Origin: a virus
Length of the DNA: 64,000 nt
IMG/VR virus record: IMGVR_UViG_3300035670_000091
Strand: one strand, 5' to 3'
This document shows positions 28,660-37,657 of the stretch, in pieces (positions within the stretch are counted from its first letter, which is position 1; each line of letters begins with the position of its first letter). The position numbers were made by a program, and so were the translations under genes. The notes below the pieces were generated by a model. It made no database searches and was not told the origin of the DNA. It saw only the letters and a program-made list of their open reading frames with translations.

Positions 28660-29040
28660 TTAGGCTCCCATCAATAAGAAGATTTGTTTGGTTGGGTCAG
28701 TGGTCACTGCGGCCCAACTTGCGTTAGTTCCATCAGTAGTTAGATACTTACCTGTGTTACCAGTCTGGCTTGGTAGGGCGTCAATGTCAGCGTTAACCCA
28801 GTTAGTTCCGTTGTACTGAAGAACCTGACCAGTAGTAGCAGAAGTGATTACAACGTCACCTACGTTGTCTAGCTCTTCTAGGTTTCCGAAGTAAGCTAGG
28901 GAAGTCCAAGCGGTAGAGCCATCACCAAGCTTAACCTTGCCAGTGTTGGACTCTAGGCCCCACTCACCAGCGGCTAGGGTTGGGTTAGCGGTGGTCCACT
29001 GGGTGGCGGTACCACGTCTAATCTGAATTTTAGTTGGCAT
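28660..29040 (-). CDS. Fibre adaptor with Mtd N-terminal-like domain
   Basis: IQIRRGTATQWT.ANPTLAAGEWG.E..TGK.K.GDG; ends IFLLMGA. Confidence 0.8.
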   Translation of the reverse strand: MPTKIQIRRGTATQWTTANPTLAAGEWGLESNTGKVKLGDGSTAWTSLAYFGNLEELDNVGDVVITSATTGQVLQYNGTNWVNADIDALPSQTGNTGKYLTTDGTNASWAAVTTDPTKQIFLLMGA

Positions 29041-29729
29041 TAGAAACTACTCGCATCTCCACCGTCAATGGCATCCCCAGTGTAAATAGAGCTAGGGTCG
29101 CCTCCATCAATTGTACTAGTAACAGGGGCAGGTCCGTTTACCCAAAGTCCACTAGTTGCGTCATACTGCAGGATGTCGTTATCCGACAAAACCCCTAGGT
29201 TTACATCCGTCAGACCAGCTAGGTCAGTAGAGATGTCAATCCACTCAGTGTCGTAGTCAGTGGCGCTGTTCTTTGCTAGAACCTGACCAGTAGTGCCGCC
29301 CACTGGAACACCAGCAGCGCCACCAGTTGTAGGGTCTACCCAAAAACCGTCGTAGTAAACGTAGATAACACCCTCGGAGGTACTGAACCATACATCACCA
29401 ACAGTAGGATTAGCAGGAGCAGTCTCCGAGACAATGTAGCCACCGCTGTTGTCTCCAACTTCTACCCAGAAACTGTCGTAGTAGATGTAGCTTTTAGCCG
29501 TAGTTGAGTCAAACCAGTAAGTGCCCTCGCTAGGGTCTGACGGAGCAGTAGCCGACACGATAACGCCGCCACCGCTTCCACCAGAGCCTTGAGCAATAAC
29601 CCACGTCGTCCCATCATGAACGTAGATTTTTGACTCATCTGATTTAAAGAAGAGGTCACCCGCCGCTCCCGCAGATGGCAGGCTCGTACCACTGGGGAGT
29701 CGGGGAGGTGTGAGAAATCTTCTTGACAA
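29040..29729 (-). CDS. Fibre-associated protein
   Basis: Repeated VS.TAP..P..G..WF.S...YIYYD.FWV; GGTTGQVLAK.SATDYDTEW. Confidence 0.7.
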   Translation of the reverse strand: MSRRFLTPPRLPSGTSLPSAGAAGDLFFKSDESKIYVHDGTTWVIAQGSGGSGGGVIVSATAPSDPSEGTYWFDSTTAKSYIYYDSFWVEVGDNSGGYIVSETAPANPTVGDVWFSTSEGVIYVYYDGFWVDPTTGGAAGVPVGGTTGQVLAKNSATDYDTEWIDISTDLAGLTDVNLGVLSDNDILQYDATSGLWVNGPAPVTSTIDGGDPSSIYTGDAIDGGDASSF

Positions 29730-29739
29730 CTAGGTATCC

Positions 29740-31137
29740 TTAGCCGATTACTACTACTCGGTAGCTATCTGCAGCTACGTTAGCGCCTGCTACCCATGAA
29801 AGGGTAACAACTGAAGTGGAAGTGCGAACTACATCGACCTCAACAGAAGCGTCAGTAGCTAGGTCGTAAACCTGTACGGTTACGTCCTTGGTCCCAAGGT
29901 TGTGGGTAACAGTCCAAGTAACGATGCCAGAAGAAGGAACTAGTAGCTCGTTGCTAGCTGCATAGCGGGTCATGAACCCTAGGTTGGTCTTTGCACCAGC
30001 AGCGTCAGAGGCTCCAGTACCACCGTAAGCTACGCCTACGTCAGTACCCTGCCAAGTACCAGTGGCGATAGTTCCTAGAGTGGTGATTGAAGTCTGACCA
30101 ACGTAGCTAGACGCAATGTCAATGCTGTCTGAGTTTACGGTAATACGGTCTGCGGTACCTACTGCGTCAATGGTGTTACCAGTCTTGGTAAGACCTGCAC
30201 CAGCGGTAATCTGACCAGCACCAGAGAACTGAGCAAATGCAAGCTCTGTAGTTCCTAGGGTGATGGTGTCGTTGGTAGTTAGCACCCATCCAGAGTCTGC
30301 GTTGACAGTACCTTCAGATACAAAGGTAAACATACCTGCAGTAACTTCGGCAGAGCTGTTAGCGTCATCGGCACGTGACCATCCGCTGGCAGATGCTACA
30401 TAGATACCGTTCTCAGCAGCCGCAGACTGGTTCTTTACGAGAACACGGTTACCAGCAACAACCGAAACACCATCAATTGTTTGCTCACCAGACAGAGTAA
30501 TCTCTGCAGTGGTAGCTGCACGGACAGATGCCTTTACATCTAGACCAGAACGAGCTGCGTCAACATATGACTTGGTAGCGGCGTCCTGAGGGTCTACTGG
30601 GTCAGCTAGACTAACAATCTTCTGGCTGTTCATGGAGAACGAAGCAGAAGGTGCAGTCAGGCTGTTTACAGTGTTGGTGCTGAGGATTACGGTACCAGAA
30701 GCGTCTGGAAGAGTAATAGTGCGGTTAGCGGTGGGGTCAGTAGCGGTAACAGTAAGCTCGTTACCGTCTGCAGTTGAGCCTTCAAACACCAAATTACTGA
30801 CAAGGCTCACATCCCCAGTGAACACTGGGTTGTTAATTGGAGCCTTGGCATCTAGCTGTCCCTGAATACCAGATGTCACACCGTCTACGTAGTTCAACTC
30901 AGTAGTGGTTAGAGTTGCGCCATCTAGGATGTTAATCTCTGCAGCGGATGCAGTAACACCATTTAGACCAACAGCCTCGAACTCAGTGCCGTTGTAGACA
31001 CGCATCTCATTGAGAGATGTGTTGAAGTAAATCTGACCTAGAACAGGGTTCGATGGGTCATTCGCCAGATTTTGAATTCTGGCATTTAGCAGCTCATTCT
31101 TATTCAGATTGAGCGAAGTCAAAAACTGACGAGCCAT
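29740..31137 (-). CDS. Tail/head fibre protein
   Basis: DAATKSYVD...LDVKASVRAATT...DG......RVLVKNQ...ENGIY fibre module. Confidence 0.75.
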   Translation of the reverse strand: MARQFLTSLNLNKNELLNARIQNLANDPSNPVLGQIYFNTSLNEMRVYNGTEFEAVGLNGVTASAAEINILDGATLTTTELNYVDGVTSGIQGQLDAKAPINNPVFTGDVSLVSNLVFEGSTADGNELTVTATDPTANRTITLPDASGTVILSTNTVNSLTAPSASFSMNSQKIVSLADPVDPQDAATKSYVDAARSGLDVKASVRAATTAEITLSGEQTIDGVSVVAGNRVLVKNQSAAAENGIYVASASGWSRADDANSSAEVTAGMFTFVSEGTVNADSGWVLTTNDTITLGTTELAFAQFSGAGQITAGAGLTKTGNTIDAVGTADRITVNSDSIDIASSYVGQTSITTLGTIATGTWQGTDVGVAYGGTGASDAAGAKTNLGFMTRYAASNELLVPSSGIVTWTVTHNLGTKDVTVQVYDLATDASVEVDVVRTSTSVVTLSWVAGANVAADSYRVVVIG

Positions 31138-31146
31138 TTAATTTCC

Positions 31147-31449
31147 TTAGGATAGTTGAGCAAGACCCGACATGGGGGACGAGAATTGCAGGGTTAGTTG
31201 ATTAACGCTGTTGTGAATTACGTGGCCTTCCACAACATCGTTCGCACTGTCGAAGACAGTGACGTTTGGCTTGAACCCAAGATTGTGCGTAACTACCCAC
31301 TGAGCAGCGGCTGCGCTCTGAGTGTGGGTGTATGAGACGAGCGGTATGATTTGCTTTGAGGTTACTCTCTGCGGAACTGCAGGGAGAAAATTAGTGTCTA
31401 CAACAGGGTATAGAGGGTCGACGTTAGTTTCTGGGTAAAACTCAGGCAT
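31147..31449 (-). CDS. Small fibre-associated protein
   Basis: YTHTQ..A..QW.VTHNLG.KP.VTV.D. Confidence 0.7.
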   Translation of the reverse strand: MPEFYPETNVDPLYPVVDTNFLPAVPQRVTSKQIIPLVSYTHTQSAAAAQWVVTHNLGFKPNVTVFDSANDVVEGHVIHNSVNQLTLQFSSPMSGLAQLS

Positions 31450-32507
31450 TAGGTAAGTACCGCCGTTCCTACACGCTCAGTGAAGAAGTTTCCACCCTTG
31501 ATTTCAATAATCTCACCTGTGTTGTCATCCACGGATGCAATCTGCCAGTACGTACGCTCTGCTGTTCTGCGGGTCTCATCTGCAGTAAGTGAGATAGTCG
31601 CAGTGTAGTTGCTGCCTACAGATGTAACTGATAGAGCAAAGTTACGTACCACATAGGCACTACCACGCTGTAGCAGCAGTCGTGCGATAAACGACTTGTC
31701 GGTGAAGACACCTGAGAATGTGACAGTACCTGTGTAGGCGATGCCCTGGTAAGCCGTAAGCTCTCCACCGTCTGTCGGCCATGGAGCCGCTGCGTGTCCG
31801 TAAGTAGGTAGCGGGATGTCCACTCTCTGTGGGTGGGACCTGTCGTCGACCTCTTGTGGGCGGTAAATTGGGACGTAACGGTTGGTACGCTGAGAGATTC
31901 TACGGAGGCTGAATACCTCGATGTTGTACATACCAATACCGAGCTGGATGCAAAGCTCACGGTATTGAGTCTGGCGAGCGTCAATCATCTCCATCAGCTG
32001 GCGGTAGCGCTCAGAACGAGGGATGGTTACGCCGTCAGGGGCGAAGATGTTAATGTCGAAGGAAGCATCAGTGGCTAGAGTGTATAGAGCCAGAGTCGTT
32101 GCGTACAACGCAACAGGATACTCTTCGATTACAGGCAGGTTAGCAATAGTTATCTTGCGGCCCAAGGCGTCTACGTCACGGCCAGCGTGCTGCGTTAGGG
32201 CGCTTTCTACAATTTTCTCTAGCTCAGCGGTAGTGAAGTAGCGGTAGTAGTTTCCAGTGACGGTGAACTCATCGTCAATCTCTGGTAGGGCGTCGAGCAC
32301 TAGGACGCCTGTGTGCTCTTCAATAGCGCACTGGTCAGAGATGTCTACGCCGTTCTTAAATACCTGTACGTTAGGCCCGTCTACAGGGGCATACTCGAGG
32401 CGGTAGCGGTTGGTGCTGATATCCGAGATGAACTGAGTTACGAATGACTTAGGCATGTCGCCTAGCTCAAACCGTACTCGCTCAACTAGCGATGCCAAGG
32501 TTGCCAC
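31449..32507 (-). CDS. Putative head-tail adaptor
   Basis: Start re-assigned to GTG 32507 (GGAGG RBS); LVERVRFELGD and YFTTAELE motifs. Confidence 0.6.
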   Translation of the reverse strand: MATLASLVERVRFELGDMPKSFVTQFISDISTNRYRLEYAPVDGPNVQVFKNGVDISDQCAIEEHTGVLVLDALPEIDDEFTVTGNYYRYFTTAELEKIVESALTQHAGRDVDALGRKITIANLPVIEEYPVALYATTLALYTLATDASFDINIFAPDGVTIPRSERYRQLMEMIDARQTQYRELCIQLGIGMYNIEVFSLRRISQRTNRYVPIYRPQEVDDRSHPQRVDIPLPTYGHAAAPWPTDGGELTAYQGIAYTGTVTFSGVFTDKSFIARLLLQRGSAYVVRNFALSVTSVGSNYTATISLTADETRRTAERTYWQIASVDDNTGEIIEIKGGNFFTERVGTAVLT

Positions 32508-32570
32508 AAAACCTCCAAAAACTCTCGTAATAATGGTCTCGCAAATGGAGACAAAATACTTGCCAAACAT

Positions 32571-32617
32571 AAAAAGCCCGCTCCGCTGGGAGGAGGGCAG
32601 GAACCAGCGGAACGGGC
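32571..32617 (-). terminator. Intrinsic terminator after the capsid operon
   Basis: GCCCG.TCCGCTGG / CCAGCGGA.CGGGC stem plus T5 on the minus strand. Confidence 0.7.
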
Positions 32618-32632
32618 AGCTTATTAGGCGAT

Positions 32633-33004
32633 TTAGTTAGGTCGCCAAATGTAACCGAGACCCTCTAGGTAATCTGCGAGGTCTCGTGGGACTGAGTACT
32701 TCACTCCAGCCTTAAAGGTGTAAGTGTTTCCTACTCCGTAAGTCATGTCATCGATGTCAGTGATGGTGCGGATAATAACCTTGTCGTTATTAACTGCTAC
32801 ACCTAGCTCCTCGACCTCATCCAACAGAATTGGCTCATCTGGCTTCTTTGGGTCGAATACAGCGGTCTGTAGGAGCTCATCCTCCTGCTGACGCATCAAA
32901 GTGATTTCGTCTTGGCGCTTTCTCAGCTCTGCAGCGTTGCGCTTTGCAGCATCTTCTGCTGCCTTGCCCGTAGCATCTAGCGGGCTTGTCTTTTGTGTTG
33001 CCAC
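32633..33004 (-). CDS. Capsid-adjacent hypothetical protein
   Basis: AGGAG RBS with GTG start; YTFKAGVKYSVPRDLADYLEGLGYI. Confidence 0.7.
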   Translation of the reverse strand: MATQKTSPLDATGKAAEDAAKRNAAELRKRQDEITLMRQQEDELLQTAVFDPKKPDEPILLDEVEELGVAVNNDKVIIRTITDIDDMTYGVGNTYTFKAGVKYSVPRDLADYLEGLGYIWRPN

Positions 33005-33037
33005 GTTATTTTTCTCCTAGTGTTGAATGTTTGTGTT

Positions 33038-33062
33038 GGGGACGGGGCCGAAGCCCCGCCCC
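33038..33062 (-). terminator. GC-rich UUCG hairpin after the major capsid gene (terminator or stabiliser, no U-tract)
   Basis: GGGGCGGGGC-TTCG-GCCCCGTCCCC on the minus strand. Confidence 0.55.
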
Positions 33063-33078
33063 CAAACAGGTTTGGCTA

Positions 33079-34191
33079 CTAAGCGGTGTAAACCTTAACA
33101 ATAGCCTGGTCGGTGATAACACCGAGACCCCAGATGGCGTACCATGCTAGTGCGTGCTCACGACCGAAGTCTAGAACACCACCGTCACGGAGCTCAACTG
33201 GAAGGGAGATTGCGTGACCAAATGCGTTGTCACCAATCATGATGGACTCGTAGACGTCAGTCTGAGTGGTGCCAGTTGGGGCAGTTGCACCTGGCTGCTC
33301 TGGGTTTCCACCAGAACCAGGAGCGGTGTTTGCCTTGACTGGAGCAGACCAGTAGTCAGATGGAGCACCAACCTGAGAGCTGTAGTTAACAGCGGTGCCC
33401 GAGGCAATCTTCTTCACCTGAGTGGTCTCGATGAAGACTACGTCGTATAGACGACCAATCTCACCGAGCATGAAGTTACCTGGAGCAGCGTACTTGGTAA
33501 CTTCGATGAACTCTGGGTTCGAGCGAAGGTCACGAGACTGCTTAGGGTGGATGAACTGAACATAGGTCTCACCTAGGCGAGGGATGTTCTTACCAGCAAG
33601 GGTAAGAGCTGCATCCTTGATTGCGCCAGTGGTCAGCTTGTGGTTTGCGGTAACACCAGCGATGTTGGCAGCCTTGGTGCCCTCATCGTAGTTGGTGAAT
33701 GCGCCACCAGAGATGCCTGAACGGTCGTAACCGAATACTGCAGAAGTAGCTGCAGATAGGGTGTTACGAGCCTGCAGGTCTAGGTACTGTGCCATGTGGC
33801 GGCCTAGGAGACGAGAAGCCGAAGCCATTACGTCGTCGAAGGAAGCGTTTAGCAGCAGCTCTGATACAGCAGTTGCGTAACCGTGCTCAGCAACGGTGAT
33901 AGCAATCTGCTCTGCAGTCAGAGAGTTGGTGGTCATACGGACACCTTCGGTAAGTGGAGTTGGGTCCACTGCGAAGTTCTTGTAGCGAAGGAAGTTGACA
34001 CGGAGACCAGGAGCTACGCCGAGCTCGGTCTTCTTGACAGCAAACTGCTCAAAGCGAAGAATTGGCATCGCCTGGAACAGAATTTCCTTCGACCAGATTG
34101 TCTGGATTGCTGCGCTTAGCTGGGAGTTAGTTCCCGAGTAAGCGGTAGGTGCGCTAGCCAGCTGGCTAGAACCAGTAATACCTGAAGCCAT
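33079..34191 (-). CDS. Major capsid protein, N4-gp56 family (HK97 fold)
   Basis: IQTIWSKEILFQAMPILRFEQFA, EHGYA..VSELL, GEIGRLYDVVFIET, DFGREHALAWY. Confidence 0.92.
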   Translation of the reverse strand: MASGITGSSQLASAPTAYSGTNSQLSAAIQTIWSKEILFQAMPILRFEQFAVKKTELGVAPGLRVNFLRYKNFAVDPTPLTEGVRMTTNSLTAEQIAITVAEHGYATAVSELLLNASFDDVMASASRLLGRHMAQYLDLQARNTLSAATSAVFGYDRSGISGGAFTNYDEGTKAANIAGVTANHKLTTGAIKDAALTLAGKNIPRLGETYVQFIHPKQSRDLRSNPEFIEVTKYAAPGNFMLGEIGRLYDVVFIETTQVKKIASGTAVNYSSQVGAPSDYWSAPVKANTAPGSGGNPEQPGATAPTGTTQTDVYESIMIGDNAFGHAISLPVELRDGGVLDFGREHALAWYAIWGLGVITDQAIVKVYTA

Positions 34192-34227
34192 AGTGGTTCA
34201 AGTCCTTTCGGTCGTTAGATTGTTGGA

Positions 34228-35004
34228 TTAGTTGTTGAACAAACCCTGTCCACGGTTGTTGCCAGCATTGCCAAGTAACTTGGCACGGTTCTTCGCATAG
34301 TCAGCCATTGACATGTTTGCAATGTCATTAGGAGAGTACGAACGTTGTTCCGAGTCGTTGTCGAGGGGTCCAGAGGCAGGTACGGTCACCCGTGCTCCCA
34401 CCATGTCTTTTCTCGTCTGTACACTCGCCTGAGCCACAGAGTCGAAAATCTTTGCAGACTTCTCTTTTAGTGCGAGGATGCTCTGCTCAATCTCATCCTC
34501 AGAGTTTCCCTGAATCATGTCAATGAGTTCGGGAATGATGTTGTCACGCTCTTGCTCCAGTCTCTGCTGGCGGTAGTTGCTCAGCTGCTGGAAACGGCGT
34601 TCCTGCTCCAATAGGGCAAAAGCCTTTTCACGCTCTTGGCGCTCGGCCTCAAGCTGCTCCTGCCACTCTTGTTCCTTCTTAGTAAGAAGCTGGCGAACCT
34701 CTAGTTCGGCCTCTTCTTCCTCTTTCTTCTTCTTAGCTAGTTCAGCATCACGCTTCTTGCGCTCTTCACGGCGCTTCTGCTCTTCTGCCTCACGTTCCTG
34801 CTCACGCTGCTTCAGAATTGAAAGCTCTTCCTTGAGTTTCTCAAGCTGTGGGTACAGCTTCTCCTTCTCCTGAGCTCTAGCCTTAGCTATGTCATCAGAA
34901 GTAAAGGCACCAGGTAGAGGGTTAACCTCTGCGTTGGTAGACTCTAGGTTTTGTACGGGGGCTTCGACGTTAATAGTTTCGTCTGTCATAGTTGTTTCAT
35001 CCAT
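34228..35004 (-). CDS. Capsid scaffolding protein
   Basis: Acidic coiled coil, C-terminal MSMADYAKNRAKLLG; between portal and capsid; likely start MDETT. Confidence 0.8.
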   Translation of the reverse strand: MDETTMTDETINVEAPVQNLESTNAEVNPLPGAFTSDDIAKARAQEKEKLYPQLEKLKEELSILKQREQEREAEEQKRREERKKRDAELAKKKKEEEEAELEVRQLLTKKEQEWQEQLEAERQEREKAFALLEQERRFQQLSNYRQQRLEQERDNIIPELIDMIQGNSEDEIEQSILALKEKSAKIFDSVAQASVQTRKDMVGARVTVPASGPLDNDSEQRSYSPNDIANMSMADYAKNRAKLLGNAGNNRGQGLFNN

Positions 35005-35118
35005 AGTGAAATTACTCTTCTCGTTCTCTTGGTCGTTTTCCGTATTAGTAGCTCGTGACCTGTTACTTGTTACGTAATAAGTGTTTAGCATTTTGAGACC
35101 GTTGTCTCGCTAAACTCT

Positions 35119-36852
35119 TTATTTGGTTATGTTGCGCCTTGGTGGAATCTTCGTTCCGTACGCTTCAGTAACCAAAGTCTCTCGAATTGCGGCTTCGCTC
35201 TGCTCTGCCATCATCTGCAACTCTTCGCTTAGTGGGTTCTCCATGTTCTGTGGAGTTGGTGCGCCCATTACGCCGTCACCAATGACGTCGCCAGTTGCGT
35301 CTGCAGTTGGAGCCATAGGCATACCAGTACCGTCAGGTCCTGGTGCCATGCCAGTCAAGTCCATAATCTGCTTTTGAATCTGCATCTTTACAAGGCTTAG
35401 GGCACCCTCAGACTTAGCATCCTCCATGAGCTCGTAACGAATCTCTTCGAGCTTCTCTTCTGGGAACTCCTCACCAAGAGCACGTAGAGCACCTTCCTTA
35501 GACTCAAGTCCCATAGCCATCTTCTGCTGTAGCTCATTAAGAAGAACTAGCTGGTCTAGTGGTAGTGGAGGAGGGAAGTGTACGTATGACTGGTAAGTCA
35601 ATGGGTCATTAGGGTCAAGCCTTGGGAGCTGACCCTCCTTGATTGGCCCATCTTCTTCAGGGTTGTAAACCAATACTTCTGGCTCTTTAACAACCAAGTT
35701 GAGCATGATTAGCTCGTTAATCTTCTGTAGTCCAGCGCCATACTGGGCAATCTTCTGGGACCAGCGGTTCATCAGCGGCTGGTACTGGATAGAAAGTGCA
35801 ACACCTGAGGTGTTGGAAATCGGCTGAACCTGTCCAAGAGCAGTCTCTGGCACGTTCATCATTTCGTGCATAGAGCGCTTTAGTGACTCTAGGTAGGTTA
35901 GAGCTCCTTGGATTCCTGAGCCGCCACCTTCGAGGTTGAAGACCTGAGCGTCTTTTGGCAGACCTCCCCAGACCTTCTTTGCACCCTTCTCAAGGTTAGA
36001 AGCCTTTGCGCCCACGATAACGGTAACTGGAGCAGCATGATAATTAATGATATCTGCGATATCAGTCGAGATTTCATTGTAGGACCTGTTTATGGTAATA
36101 ATGTCATGAGCATCAGGAAGGCCCCAAGGAGAACCAGAGACAGGGATGTTTGGTATGTGTACAACAGGGATAAGCCCCAGCGGATTAGGTCTCGAATCAA
36201 TGAGCTCATCGTTAATGTACTCCTCAATAATGTCGTCCGTAAGAATCTCGGTGTAAGTAAATACCTGACGGGTACCTTCTAGAGATGTTCCCCAGAAGCG
36301 GTACTTCTGCTTGAAACGTAGTAGGCGGGTACGGTCGTGAGGGTGGAACTCTGGGAAACAGAAAGCTGAGTTAAGGGGGAGAACACGTACACGCCCAGGG
36401 TGGAAACGACCAATAGAGTCTTCCCATGCCTCTTCATAGGCAATCTTGACAAAGCAGTCACCAGTGATGCCGCCAATCTGGGCCATCTCAAATAGGATGC
36501 GCTGCTTGTCATTATCGACTTCCCAGACTCGCTCTAGGCGGTCAGGAACGATAGCTTCGGTAGCCTTTGGTGAGCGGAAGCTGACGCCCTTACCAAAAGT
36601 AAATCTTGCGATGTAGTCAACAAATGCACGGTAGTAGTTAACCGCAATCTGCATCTCGCCTTGCTCACGGCGGTATCCCCAGTGGTGGCCAAGGTACATG
36701 GCCCAGTTAAGTGAGTAGCGGTTTAGGCGAGGGCCGTGTACTTCAAACTCTTCATCAGCAAGCTCAACAAGTCCCAGAGGGGAAATGGAGATAGTTAGGT
36801 CAGAGGACGCCGCTCTATAGCTTGGTGGTGAAAAATCAAAGTATGAAGACAT
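35119..36852 (-). CDS. Portal protein (SPP1 gp6-like)
   Basis: 577 aa; NYYRAFVDY, NPLGLIPVVHIPN..G..D...I; downstream of terminase. Confidence 0.9.
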   Translation of the reverse strand: MSSYFDFSPPSYRAASSDLTISISPLGLVELADEEFEVHGPRLNRYSLNWAMYLGHHWGYRREQGEMQIAVNYYRAFVDYIARFTFGKGVSFRSPKATEAIVPDRLERVWEVDNDKQRILFEMAQIGGITGDCFVKIAYEEAWEDSIGRFHPGRVRVLPLNSAFCFPEFHPHDRTRLLRFKQKYRFWGTSLEGTRQVFTYTEILTDDIIEEYINDELIDSRPNPLGLIPVVHIPNIPVSGSPWGLPDAHDIITINRSYNEISTDIADIINYHAAPVTVIVGAKASNLEKGAKKVWGGLPKDAQVFNLEGGGSGIQGALTYLESLKRSMHEMMNVPETALGQVQPISNTSGVALSIQYQPLMNRWSQKIAQYGAGLQKINELIMLNLVVKEPEVLVYNPEEDGPIKEGQLPRLDPNDPLTYQSYVHFPPPLPLDQLVLLNELQQKMAMGLESKEGALRALGEEFPEEKLEEIRYELMEDAKSEGALSLVKMQIQKQIMDLTGMAPGPDGTGMPMAPTADATGDVIGDGVMGAPTPQNMENPLSEELQMMAEQSEAAIRETLVTEAYGTKIPPRRNITK

Positions 36853-36855
36853 GGG

Positions 36856-37104
36856 TTACTTGGAACTCTTTCGCTTGTCGTGGTCTTTGCCGTGGTCCGA
36901 CTTGTGGGACATGGCTTCACGATACTGCTCTAAAGCTGCTTTTTTGCGGTTAATCTCAGCGGGGTCATAAAACTTGCCACCGCTTTTTACATACTGGTCG
37001 TGAACCCAGTGGCTTGCGCCAGGAGATGGGTAAGTAGCAAAACGAGCTCTGGCCTGAGTAATAATCATCTGCCAGAGCTTTGGATTAGTTGGTTGCTGTG
37101 CCAC
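36856..37104 (-). CDS. Small conserved viral protein (DUF5872-like)
   Basis: PTNPKLW...ARARFATYPSPGASHWV..QY.KSGGKF. Confidence 0.6.
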   Translation of the reverse strand: MAQQPTNPKLWQMIITQARARFATYPSPGASHWVHDQYVKSGGKFYDPAEINRKKAALEQYREAMSHKSDHGKDHDKRKSSK

Positions 37105-37172
37105 GACATCTCCTCCACATAACCTGCGCCTACTGTCAAACTAACAGTAGGCCCAGGCTGTGTGTTGCTAAA

Positions 37173-37568
37173 TTAGTCGTTGACTACGGTTGGGCTCATA
37201 CGCTGAGTACGAGCACCGCTGCGGGCAACAACTTCGACCTTCTGCTCTGCGTAGTCAGTGAAGGAACCGTGTGAGAACTCACCTAGGTAGGTAGGTGCCT
37301 CAATCCAAGCAGCGGAACCTACGTGGGCACGCTCGCTCATGGTCTCCTCAGCTGGCTTCTGCCAGACAGGGGCGTTACGGTTTGGACGACCTGGAGCAGC
37401 AGCGGAACCGCTGGCAATGCCCTTCTGGAAGTCGCTTGGTACGTCGGTGTCAGAAGCGATACCTTCCTCAAAACGTAGTGGGCCACGACGGTCATAGTTG
37501 TCCGCCATCTTGCGCTCGTACATCTGAGGGGCACGCTCTGGGAACATAGGTGCAGGACCAATACCCAT
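37173..37568 (-). CDS. Hypothetical protein
   Basis: TAAGGAG RBS; 131 aa. Confidence 0.7.
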   Translation of the reverse strand: MGIGPAPMFPERAPQMYERKMADNYDRRGPLRFEEGIASDTDVPSDFQKGIASGSAAAPGRPNRNAPVWQKPAEETMSERAHVGSAAWIEAPTYLGEFSHGSFTDYAEQKVEVVARSGARTQRMSPTVVND

Positions 37569-37657
37569 TGGAAAACTCCTTAATTTGTGGAATGTCGACT
37601 GTTTCCAGTAATAAGTGTGGAGCCAAATTACTTTTTTGTATTGGTCAACTCAAATTT

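Noticed and set aside
16309-29040. Diversity-generating retroelement suggested by the Mtd N-terminal-like domains
   Set aside because: No reverse transcriptase and no template/variable repeat pair with A-specific mismatches seen in the window
14445-30865. Numerous plus-strand ORFs (Pro/Thr-rich) opposite the fibre genes
   Set aside because: They are antisense shadows of Gly/Ala-rich codons, with no RBS or recognisable domains
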